Assembly: GCA_002297665.1 (NCBI GenBank)
Contig: DBMS01000294.1
Location: 15,934 to 59,072 of the forward strand
Length of the DNA: 43,139 bases
Direction of reading: 5' to 3'
Source: Holophagaceae bacterium UBA692
GTDB lineage: Bacteria; Acidobacteriota; Holophagae; Holophagales; Holophagaceae
The position numbers and the translations under genes are program-made. Below are positions 8,585 to 16,166 of the stretch, in pieces. Every line of letters begins with the position of its first letter. The first letter of the stretch is position 1. The notes under the pieces were generated by a model. The model made no database searches, had not been told where the DNA came from, and saw only the letters and a program-made list of their open reading frames with translations.

Positions 8585-9439
8585 CTACTTGTTGATGATC
8601 ATCCGCTGCGGAATGGGCCTCCCGAACCCCTCCAGCTTGAACCGCACCTGCACCCGCCGGCGCAATTCCCTCGCCACGGCCCACTGCTGGCCGGGGAGGC
8701 ACTTGGTCAGGGTCCGGAGGGTGCAGCTGGCGGCGTTCATGGCCTCCACGCCCAGGACCTCGGTGGGCTCCAGCACGTCCTCCCGGGCCGCCATGAGCTC
8801 GGCGCCCACGTCCCGGAGCACGGCCATGATGCGGTCCAGGTCCTCGTCGTGGCTCACCTCCACGTCCACCAGGGCCTTGGCGAACTGCTTGCTGAGGACG
8901 ATGACGTCGCTGATGGTGCCGTTGGGCAGGAAGTGGGCCCGGCCCTCCATGTCCCGCAGCATCGTCATGCGGAAGGTCATGCGCTCCACGGTGCCCACGT
9001 GCTTGTCGCCCACGGAGATGATGTCGCCCACGCCGTACTGGTTCTCCACCAGGAGGAAGAAGCCGCCGATGACGTCCTTCACGAGGTTCTGGGCGCCGAA
9101 GCCGATGGCCGCGCCCACGATGCCCACCCCGGCCACCAGGGGACCCACGTTGACGCTGAACTCCTGCAGGGTCTCCAGGATGAAAAAGGAGACCACCAGC
9201 ACCCGGGCGAAGTTGCCGATGACCGCTCCAAGGGTCTTGGCGCGGCGCTGGGCCTCGGGGTTGTGCTCGCCCATGCCCGTGGCCATGGACCGGGCCACGG
9301 CCTTGGACACCAGGCGCAGCGCCCAGAGGATGATCAGGCACGTGACGACGACCACCAGCATGCGCTGCAGCTTCTGCCAGCCGGTCTGGTCCAGCCACAG
9401 GGCCGCTTTTTCGATATGTCCGCCCACCGCGATGCCCAT
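8585..9439 (-). CDS. Small-conductance mechanosensitive channel (MscS family)
   Basis: PLVAGVGIVGAAIGFGAQNLVKDVIGGFFLLVENQYGVGD; GTVERMTFRMT; PNG motif. Confidence 0.92.
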   Translation of the reverse strand: MGIAVGGHIEKAALWLDQTGWQKLQRMLVVVVTCLIILWALRLVSKAVARSMATGMGEHNPEAQRRAKTLGAVIGNFARVLVVSFFILETLQEFSVNVGPLVAGVGIVGAAIGFGAQNLVKDVIGGFFLLVENQYGVGDIISVGDKHVGTVERMTFRMTMLRDMEGRAHFLPNGTISDVIVLSKQFAKALVDVEVSHDEDLDRIMAVLRDVGAELMAAREDVLEPTEVLGVEAMNAASCTLRTLTKCLPGQQWAVARELRRRVQVRFKLEGFGRPIPQRMIINK

Positions 9440-9448
9440 GCCGTTTCT

Positions 9449-9817
9449 CTAGCTCCTATGGATGAGGGAATAATGCCTCCAGCTGCCCGGCATATGGGAG
9501 CCGATGGAGGCCACGGCCGTGGCGGCCAGGTACCACCCCATGCGCTGCTGGGGCAGCAGGTTGCCCACGCCAAGGAGGGCCAGCTTGACGAGCACGGCCA
9601 CGCCGCTGGCGTGATGGATCACCGTGGTGCCCTTGGCCAGGTCCAGGGCGAACAGCAGCGCGCCGCTGATGACGGTGGCCGTGATGGACGCCTTAAGCCG
9701 GTCGTGGCCGGCCCCCAGGGCGACCCCCCCCAGGACGAGGGCCATGGCCATGATGTGGAGGGTGCGCAAGCCCACCTGGAAAGGGCGGGCCCAGGGGAGA
9801 GCGGATCCTTCGTTCAA
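9449..9817 (-). CDS. Small hypothetical membrane protein (about 4 TM), coupled to moeA
   Basis: LRTLHIMAMALVLGG...GSHMPGSWRHYS; TTG start overlaps the moeA stop. Confidence 0.65.
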   Translation of the reverse strand: MNEGSALPWARPFQVGLRTLHIMAMALVLGGVALGAGHDRLKASITATVISGALLFALDLAKGTTVIHHASGVAVLVKLALLGVGNLLPQQRMGWYLAATAVASIGSHMPGSWRHYSLIHRS

Positions 9818-11016
9818 TGGTCCTCCGCCTCGTCGATGAGCTGGAGCGGCACCTCGGCGCCGGCCTCCAGGGCGGTGGGGCCTTCGGGGATCAGGGCCAG
9901 GGCGTTGGCCCGCATCATGCCCGAGAGGATCCCGGAGCCCTGGGGCCCGGCCAGGGCCGCCCTCCCTCCGGGGCCGGCAACCACCCGCAGGAACTCGGTG
10001 CGCATGGGGTCCCCGCTGCGCTTCCAGGCCGCCTCCAGGATCCCCGTCCGCTCGGGGCGGTGCAGGTTGCGGTACCCCATCATGCGCCGCAGCGCGGGCC
10101 GCACGTAGGTTTCGAACATGAGCATGGCCGCCACCGGGTTGCCCGGGATTCCGAAGATGAGCTTGCCCCGGTGGACCCACAGGCCCAGGGGGCTCCCCGG
10201 TTTCTGGGCCACCTTCCAGAACACCCGCTCGGCGCCGTGGTCCTCCAGCACCGCCTTGATGAAGTCGAAGTCCCCCACGGAGATTCCACCGTTGGTGAGC
10301 ACCACGTCGGCCTCGTCGAGGGCGTCGCGCACCGCCCGTGCCACCGCCTCCCGGCTGTCTTCCACCCGGGGGCGGGGGAGGGGGATGGCCCCGGCGGCCA
10401 TCGCCTGGGCGCAAAGGGAATGGATGTTCGCGTCCCGGATCCGGCCGGGGCCGGGGCGGTCTCCCGCGTCCACCAGTTCGTTCCCCGTGGTGATGACGGC
10501 CACCCGGGGCCGGGGCCGCACCCGGACCTCGGGGCAGCCGATGGCGGCCAGCACCCCCACCTCGGCGGGCCGCAGCACCGCGCCGGCCGACACCACCAGG
10601 CCCCCCGCGGGGATGTCCTCCCCCGCCAGGCGGATGTTGGCGCCGGGACGGGGGGCCCCGGAAAGGACCACCCAGCCGGCCTCCTCCCGAACGAACTCGA
10701 TGGGCACGACGGCATCGGCGCCCGCCGGCAGGGGGGCGCCGGTCATGATGCGCAGGGCCTCCCCCGGTCCCAGGGCCGGAACCTCGGCCATGCCGGCGGG
10801 GACGGTGCCGGCCACCGGCAGGCGCCCCGGGGCCGCATCCCCGCACCGCAGGGCGAAGCCGTCCATGGCCGAGTTGGTGAAGGGCGGCACGGGTTCGGCC
10901 GCACGAATGTCCTCAGCGGCGGCCAGCCCCAGGGCTTCCAGCAACGGGACCCGCCGGGGCGGCAGGGGCTCCGCGCGTTCCAGCACCAGCTTCCGGGCCT
11001 CCAGGTATCCGAGCAT
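9814..11016 (-). CDS. moeA: Molybdopterin molybdenum/tungsten transferase
   Basis: PPFTNSAMDGFA, RIMTGAPLPAGADAVV, TTGNEL, GGISVGDFD, QKPGSP, GIPGNPVAA. Confidence 0.95.
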   Translation of the reverse strand: MLGYLEARKLVLERAEPLPPRRVPLLEALGLAAAEDIRAAEPVPPFTNSAMDGFALRCGDAAPGRLPVAGTVPAGMAEVPALGPGEALRIMTGAPLPAGADAVVPIEFVREEAGWVVLSGAPRPGANIRLAGEDIPAGGLVVSAGAVLRPAEVGVLAAIGCPEVRVRPRPRVAVITTGNELVDAGDRPGPGRIRDANIHSLCAQAMAAGAIPLPRPRVEDSREAVARAVRDALDEADVVLTNGGISVGDFDFIKAVLEDHGAERVFWKVAQKPGSPLGLWVHRGKLIFGIPGNPVAAMLMFETYVRPALRRMMGYRNLHRPERTGILEAAWKRSGDPMRTEFLRVVAGPGGRAALAGPQGSGILSGMMRANALALIPEGPTALEAGAEVPLQLIDEAEDH

Positions 11017-11133
11017 CCTCACCGTCCTCGCGCCGATCATGGTATCAGACGGGGCGGCCTGCCCACGGCGCGGCCCCCCCGTTCCTGCCAGCCCGCATGG
11101 ACGGGATTCCGCCCGAGGGGTACCCTGGGAGCG

Positions 11134-11508
11134 ATGAACACCTCGGCCCGGAAGATCGTCAGCGTCGGCATCCCCATGGGGGAGCGCTACGCCATGGGCC
11201 CCGGCAAGGCCGACCTGCTGGAGGCCATCCAGGCGACCGGCTCCATCTCCGCCGCCGGACGGAAGCTGGGCATGAGCTACCGCCGCGCCTGGCTCCTGGT
11301 GGACGAAATGAACGCCTGCTTCAAGGAACCCGTCGTGGCCACCCGCCTGGGCGGCCCCAAGGGCGGGGGCTCGGTGCTCACCGACCTGGGCCTGGAGGCC
11401 GTCAAGCGCTACCGGGCCCTGCAAGCCCTGGCCTGGGACGCCGTGCGCCATTCCGTCCGGGAATACCAGCGCCTCCTGGGCCAGCCCTCCGGAATCCAGC
11501 CGGACTGA
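11134..11508 (+). CDS. modE: ModE-family regulator, winged-HTH domain only
   Basis: GPGKADLLEAIQATGSISAAGRKLGMSYRRAWLLVDEMN...GGPKGGGSVLT; no C-terminal Mop/TOBE domains. Confidence 0.9.
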   Translation: MNTSARKIVSVGIPMGERYAMGPGKADLLEAIQATGSISAAGRKLGMSYRRAWLLVDEMNACFKEPVVATRLGGPKGGGSVLTDLGLEAVKRYRALQALAWDAVRHSVREYQRLLGQPSGIQPD

Positions 11509-11695
11509 CATGAACGAAGGGGGACCGCGCGGTCGCTGCGCTCCCTCTCTGTCCCCCCTCGTGCTCCCCCACCTGGTGGCCAGGCGGAGCCCGGCCACCA
11601 CGTCTACCATGAACGAAGGGGGACCGCGCGGTCGCTGCGCTCCCTCTCCGTCCCCCCTCGCGCTCCCGCGGCAGGCGGAGCCCGGCCACCACGTC
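11509..11695. repeat. Two tandem copies (99-bp period) of a palindromic REP-like element
   Basis: CATGAACGAAGGGGGACCGCGCGGTCGCTGCGCTCCCTCT..GTCCCCCCTCG..CAGGCGGAGCCCGGCCACCACGTC starts at 11509 and at 11608. Confidence 0.85.
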
Positions 11696-11707
11696 CGACT
11701 TGCCATC

Positions 11708-11731
11708 CGCTATATCCACATGCAACCATCG
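11708..11731. promoter_or_regulatory. Putative ModE operator upstream of tupA
   Basis: CGCTATAT-N8-AACCATCG, matching the CGNTATAT-N8-(ATATA)NCG ModE box geometry; 18/24 identical to 26922-26945. Confidence 0.6.
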
Positions 11732-11835
11732 GTGCACCGGCCCGCCCCCGGGTCCGGGATGGACCCGCGCCTTAGCGCCCCCACACGAGGGGTGCGGTTC
11801 CCATCCCCCCGGGGCGGCCGTGATCGGAGGCTTCC

Positions 11836-12660
11836 ATGAAAAACCGGATCCTTGCGTCGCTGGCCGGGGCGATCCTCTGCCTGGGGCCCGCGGCCTTCGC
11901 CCAGCACAGCGTGATCCTCGCCACCACCACCAGCACCCAGGACTCGGGCCTGCTGGATGTCCTGGTGCCCATGTTCCAGAAGCAGACCGGCTTCCAGGTC
12001 AAGACCATCGCCGTGGGGTCCGGCCAGGCTATCGCCATGGGCCGCAAGGGCGAGGCGGACGTGCTCCTGGTGCATTCCCCCGAAGCCGAGAAGGCCTTCA
12101 TGGCCGACGGTCCCGGCCTCAACCGGAGGCTGGTCATGCACAACGACTTCGTCGTGCTGGGCCCCCAGGCGGACCCCGCCGGCCTGAAGGCCGCCCCGGG
12201 CGCCGCCGCGGCCTTCCGGAAGCTGGCCGCGGGTTCCTTCACGTTCGTTTCCCGGGCCGACCAGTCCGGCACCCACGCCCAGGAGAAGAAGCTCTGGAAG
12301 GGCGCGGGCGTCGATCCCGCCGGCAGGCCCTGGTACCTGGAGACGGGCCAGGGCATGGGCCAGACGCTCAACGTCGCCTCCGAGAAGAAGGCCTACACCC
12401 TTTCCGACCGCGGCACCTTCCTGGCCATGCGCAAGAACCTGGGCCTGGCCATCGTCTCCGAGGGCGACGCGTCCCTGGCCAACATCTACCACGTCATCGA
12501 GATCGACCCGGCGAAGTTCCCCAAGGTCAACGCGGCGGGAGGCAAGGCCTTCGCCGCGTTCCTGGTTTCGGCCCCGGCGCAGGAGGTGATCCGCACCTTC
12601 GGCAAGGACCGCTTCGGCTCCCCCCTGTTCTTCCCGGACGCGGGCAAAAAGGACAACTAG
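11836..12660 (+). CDS. tupA: Tungstate ABC transporter substrate-binding protein
   Basis: LATTTSTQDSGLL TupA signature; AVGSGQA, DVLLVHSP, MHNDFV, SRADQSGTH, YTLSDRGT. Confidence 0.93.
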   Translation: MKNRILASLAGAILCLGPAAFAQHSVILATTTSTQDSGLLDVLVPMFQKQTGFQVKTIAVGSGQAIAMGRKGEADVLLVHSPEAEKAFMADGPGLNRRLVMHNDFVVLGPQADPAGLKAAPGAAAAFRKLAAGSFTFVSRADQSGTHAQEKKLWKGAGVDPAGRPWYLETGQGMGQTLNVASEKKAYTLSDRGTFLAMRKNLGLAIVSEGDASLANIYHVIEIDPAKFPKVNAAGGKAFAAFLVSAPAQEVIRTFGKDRFGSPLFFPDAGKKDN

Positions 12661-12718
12661 GGCTGTTATTTAGGGATCCCTAGACTGGAAAGATCCCCAA
12701 GGACCCGGGAAAGGACCC

Positions 12719-14350
12719 ATGACCAACGCCATCTTCAATCTCCCCGAAGCCTTCAACGAGCCCGCGCTCTCCTACGCCCCGGGCAGCCCCGAGCGGGCCC
12801 TGCTCAAGGCCGAGCTGGACCGCCAGTACCGCCAGGTCGTCGACATCCCCCTCATCATCGGCGGCGAGGAGGTGCGCACCGGGCGCCTGCAGAAGGCCGT
12901 GTGCCCCCACGAGCACGGGCACGTGCTCGCCCAGTACCACGAGGCCGGGGAGGCCGAGATCCGGCTCGCCATCCAGGCGGCGCTGGACGCCAAGGCCGAC
13001 TGGGAGAACACACCCTGGGAGGAGCGCGCGGCCATCTTCAACCGCATGGCCAGCCTCATCTCCACCAAGTACCGCTACATCATCAACGCGGCCACCATGC
13101 TCAACCAGTCCAAGACCGCGCACCAGGCGGAGATCGACTCCACCTGCGAGACCGCGGACTTCTTCCGGTACAACGCCAAGTTCATGGAGCAGATCTACCG
13201 CCAGCAGCCCGAGAGCAACACCCACACCTGGAACCGGGTGCACTACCGGGCCCTGGAGGGCTTCGTATTCGCGGTCTCCCCCTTCAACTTCACCGCCATC
13301 GGCGCCAACCTCGCCACCGCCCCCGCCCTCATGGGCAACACGGTGGTGTGGAAGCCCGCCAGCACCTCCATCCTCTCCAACTACTACCTGATGCAGCTCT
13401 ACAAGGAGGCCGGCCTGCCCCGGGGCGTCATCAACTTCGTGCCCAGCCGGGGCTCGGTCATCGGGAAGATCGTCCTGGACCACCCCGCCTTCGCGGGCCT
13501 GCACTTCACCGGATCCACGGGCGTGTTCAATTCCATGTCCAAGACCGTGGCCGACAACGTGGGCAAGTACAGGATCTACCCCCGCCTCGTCGGGGAGACC
13601 GGCGGCAAGGACTACATCTTCGTGCACCACTCCGCCGAGATGGTGGAGGTGGCCACGGCCATCGTCCGGGCCTCCTTCGAGTACCAGGGGCAGAAATGCT
13701 CGGCCTGCTCCCGGGCCTACGTCCCCGCCTCCCACTGGCCGCAGCTCAAGGAGCTCATCCTCGGCATGATGGCCCGCATCAAGGTGGGCGACCCCCGGGA
13801 CTTCCGGAACTTCATGGGCGCCGTCATCGACGAGGCCAGCTTCGACAACACCATGCGCTACATCGAGCTGGCCAAGGCGTCCCCCGCCGCGGAGATCATC
13901 CACGGCGGCCGCGGCGACAAGAGCCGGGGCTGGTTCGTGGAGCCCACCATCATCGTCACCACCGACCCGAAGTTCGTCACCATGGAGGAGGAGATCTTCG
14001 CGCCGGTGCTCACCATCCACGTCTACGAGGACGCGAAGCTGGACGAGACGGTCCGCCTCCTGGACGAGACCAGCCCCTACGCCCTCACCGGCGCCATCTT
14101 CGCCCGCAACCGCTACGTCATCAACCGCCTCACCGAGGCCCTGGCCAACACCGCCGGCAACTTCTACATCAACGACAAGTGCACCGGCGCCATGGTGGGC
14201 CACCAGCCCTTCGGCGGCGCCCGGGCCTCGGGCACCAACGACAAGGCCGGCAGCTTCCTGAACCTCATCCGCTGGACGTCGCCGCGCACCATCAAGGAGT
14301 GCTTCGCCCCCCACCGGGATTTCGCCTATCCTTTCATGGACGAGGAATGA
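12719..14350 (+). CDS. pruA: Delta-1-pyrroline-5-carboxylate (L-glutamate gamma-semialdehyde) dehydrogenase
   Basis: NEPALSYAPGSPER, QAEIDSTCE, SPFNFTAIG, FTGST, YPRLVGETGGKD, FEYQGQKCSACSR, QPFGGARASGTNDKAG. Confidence 0.93.
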   Translation: MTNAIFNLPEAFNEPALSYAPGSPERALLKAELDRQYRQVVDIPLIIGGEEVRTGRLQKAVCPHEHGHVLAQYHEAGEAEIRLAIQAALDAKADWENTPWEERAAIFNRMASLISTKYRYIINAATMLNQSKTAHQAEIDSTCETADFFRYNAKFMEQIYRQQPESNTHTWNRVHYRALEGFVFAVSPFNFTAIGANLATAPALMGNTVVWKPASTSILSNYYLMQLYKEAGLPRGVINFVPSRGSVIGKIVLDHPAFAGLHFTGSTGVFNSMSKTVADNVGKYRIYPRLVGETGGKDYIFVHHSAEMVEVATAIVRASFEYQGQKCSACSRAYVPASHWPQLKELILGMMARIKVGDPRDFRNFMGAVIDEASFDNTMRYIELAKASPAAEIIHGGRGDKSRGWFVEPTIIVTTDPKFVTMEEEIFAPVLTIHVYEDAKLDETVRLLDETSPYALTGAIFARNRYVINRLTEALANTAGNFYINDKCTGAMVGHQPFGGARASGTNDKAGSFLNLIRWTSPRTIKECFAPHRDFAYPFMDEE

Positions 14351-14353
14351 GGA

Positions 14354-15052
14354 TTGGAGCTGCTGTGGGAGGGCATCCGGAAGGCCTTTGACCTTCTGCG
14401 CACCCTGGACCCCGAGGTCCTGGGCATCACCCTCTTCACCCTGAAGGTCACCCTCCTGGCCACGCTGGCCAGCCTGGTGCTGGGCCTGGGCGCGGGGCTG
14501 GCGCTGGCCCTCACGCAGTTCCCGGGCCGGCGCGTCGTCATCAGCCTGGTGAACACGGGCATGGGCCTGCCGCCGGTGGTGGTGGGCCTGTTCGTGACCA
14601 TGTTCCTGTGGCGCAACGGCCCCCTGGGCGGCTTCGAACTCCTGTACACCCCTTCGGCCATCATCCTGGCCCAGACCGTCATCGCCACCCCCATCATCAC
14701 CGGCATCAGCGTGGCCGCCCTCCAGCAGCTGCCCCCGGACCTGCGCCTGCAGATCCTCTCCCTGGGCGCCACCCGGCCGCAGATGCTCTGGCTCCTGGTG
14801 CGCGAGGCGCGCCTGCCCCTCCTGGCCGCGGTCATGGCCGGCTTCGGCGGGGTCATCTCCGAGGTGGGCGCCTCGCTCATGGTGGGCGGCAACATCAAGG
14901 GCAGCACCCGGGTGCTCACCACCGCCACCGTCATGGAGACCGGCAAGGGCAACTTCGACGTGGCCATCGCCCTCAGCCTCATCCTCCTGGCGCTCACCTT
15001 CGCGGTGAACGCCGTCCTGACCCACATCCAGCAGCGGGAGCGGCCCCGGTGA
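14354..15052 (+). CDS. tupB: Tungstate ABC transporter permease
   Basis: NTGMGLPPVVVGL, GFGGVISEVGASLMVGGNIKGSTRVLTTA; TTG start with GAGGA RBS at the pruA end. Confidence 0.92.
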   Translation: MELLWEGIRKAFDLLRTLDPEVLGITLFTLKVTLLATLASLVLGLGAGLALALTQFPGRRVVISLVNTGMGLPPVVVGLFVTMFLWRNGPLGGFELLYTPSAIILAQTVIATPIITGISVAALQQLPPDLRLQILSLGATRPQMLWLLVREARLPLLAAVMAGFGGVISEVGASLMVGGNIKGSTRVLTTATVMETGKGNFDVAIALSLILLALTFAVNAVLTHIQQRERPR

Positions 15053-16116
15053 CCGCGCTGCTGCGGGCGGAGGACCTCCTCGTGCGGCGCGGGGACGCCA
15101 CGGTCCTGGACGTGCCGGGCCTGGAGCTGGAGGAAGGCGGCGTGCTGGCCCTCATCGGCCCCAACGGGTCGGGCAAGAGCACCCTCCTGAAGACCCTCGC
15201 CAGCCTCATGGCGCCCGCCCGCGGCACCCTCCTCTTCCGGGGCGAGGCGCTGCGCCCGGAGGCCTACCGGCGCCTCGTGACCATGGTGTTCCAGGCCCCC
15301 CTTCTCTTCGACGCCACGGTGCGGGCCAACCTGGAATCCGGGCTGAAGCTCCACGGGGTTCCGGCCGCCGAACGCGGGACCCGCGTGGCCGCCGCGGCGC
15401 GCCGGCTGGGCGTGGAATCCCTCCTGGACCGCTCCGCCCGGAACCTCTCCGGGGGCGAAGCCCAGCGCACGGCCCTGGCCCGGGCCTTCGTGCTGCGCCC
15501 GGAGATCCTCTTCCTGGACGAACCTTTCTCCGCCCTGGATCCCCCCACCCGGGAAGCCCTCCTGGACGACCTGGCCGGGGTCCTGCGGGAGACCCGCACC
15601 GCCACCGTCATCGCCACCCACGACCAGATGGAGGCCCTGCGCCTCGCCGACCGCATCGCCGTCCTGCGCGAGGGGCGCATCGTCCAGTACGGACCCGCCA
15701 CCGAGGTCATCAACCGCCCCGCGGACGCCTTCGTGGCCGAATTCGTGGGCATGGAGGCGGTCCTGTCGGGACGGGTGGAAGGCGCGGGCCAGGGCGAATT
15801 CCGGGTGGCCGCCGGAGGCGGCTTCGTGGTGGCCGCAGGAGAGGCCGTCCCGGGCGAGGAGGTGCGCATCGGCATCCGCCCCGAGAACGTCACCCTCTCC
15901 ACCCAGGCCGAGGCCCGCTCCAGCGCCCGCAACAGCTTTTCCGGCACCGTCACCCGCATCGTGCCCCGGGGCCCCTTCTTCAAGGTGGAACTGGACTGCG
16001 GCTTCTTCCTGGCCGCCTACGTCACCCCCGTATCCCTGGAGGAGCTGGGCCTGGCCGAGGGAAGCCGGGTGGTGGCCCGGTTCAAGGCCACGGCCGTGCA
16101 CCTCCTCCGGCGGTAG
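15049..16116 (+). CDS. tupC: Tungstate ABC transporter ATP-binding protein with C-terminal TOBE/Mop domains
   Basis: GPNGSGKST, LSGGEAQR, LDEPFSALD, THD; C-terminal SSARN molbindin-type motif; GTG overlaps the tupB stop. Confidence 0.9.
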   Translation: MTALLRAEDLLVRRGDATVLDVPGLELEEGGVLALIGPNGSGKSTLLKTLASLMAPARGTLLFRGEALRPEAYRRLVTMVFQAPLLFDATVRANLESGLKLHGVPAAERGTRVAAAARRLGVESLLDRSARNLSGGEAQRTALARAFVLRPEILFLDEPFSALDPPTREALLDDLAGVLRETRTATVIATHDQMEALRLADRIAVLREGRIVQYGPATEVINRPADAFVAEFVGMEAVLSGRVEGAGQGEFRVAAGGGFVVAAGEAVPGEEVRIGIRPENVTLSTQAEARSSARNSFSGTVTRIVPRGPFFKVELDCGFFLAAYVTPVSLEELGLAEGSRVVARFKATAVHLLRR

Positions 16117-16166
16117 CGCCCACGGCGGGGGTGCGCCCCGTCCGCTCCTCTGGCATCGTGGAGGGC

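Noticed and set aside
11509-11695. Possible CRISPR array or 109-aa repeat protein (ORF 11510-11839)
   Set aside because: Only two long units with no unique spacers of regular length and no cas genes; the ORF is simply the translated repeat
12657-12683. CTAG...CTAG with a TAGGGATCCCTA palindrome after tupA as an IS footprint explaining the pruA insertion
   Set aside because: Too short to distinguish from chance, and no matching end after pruA
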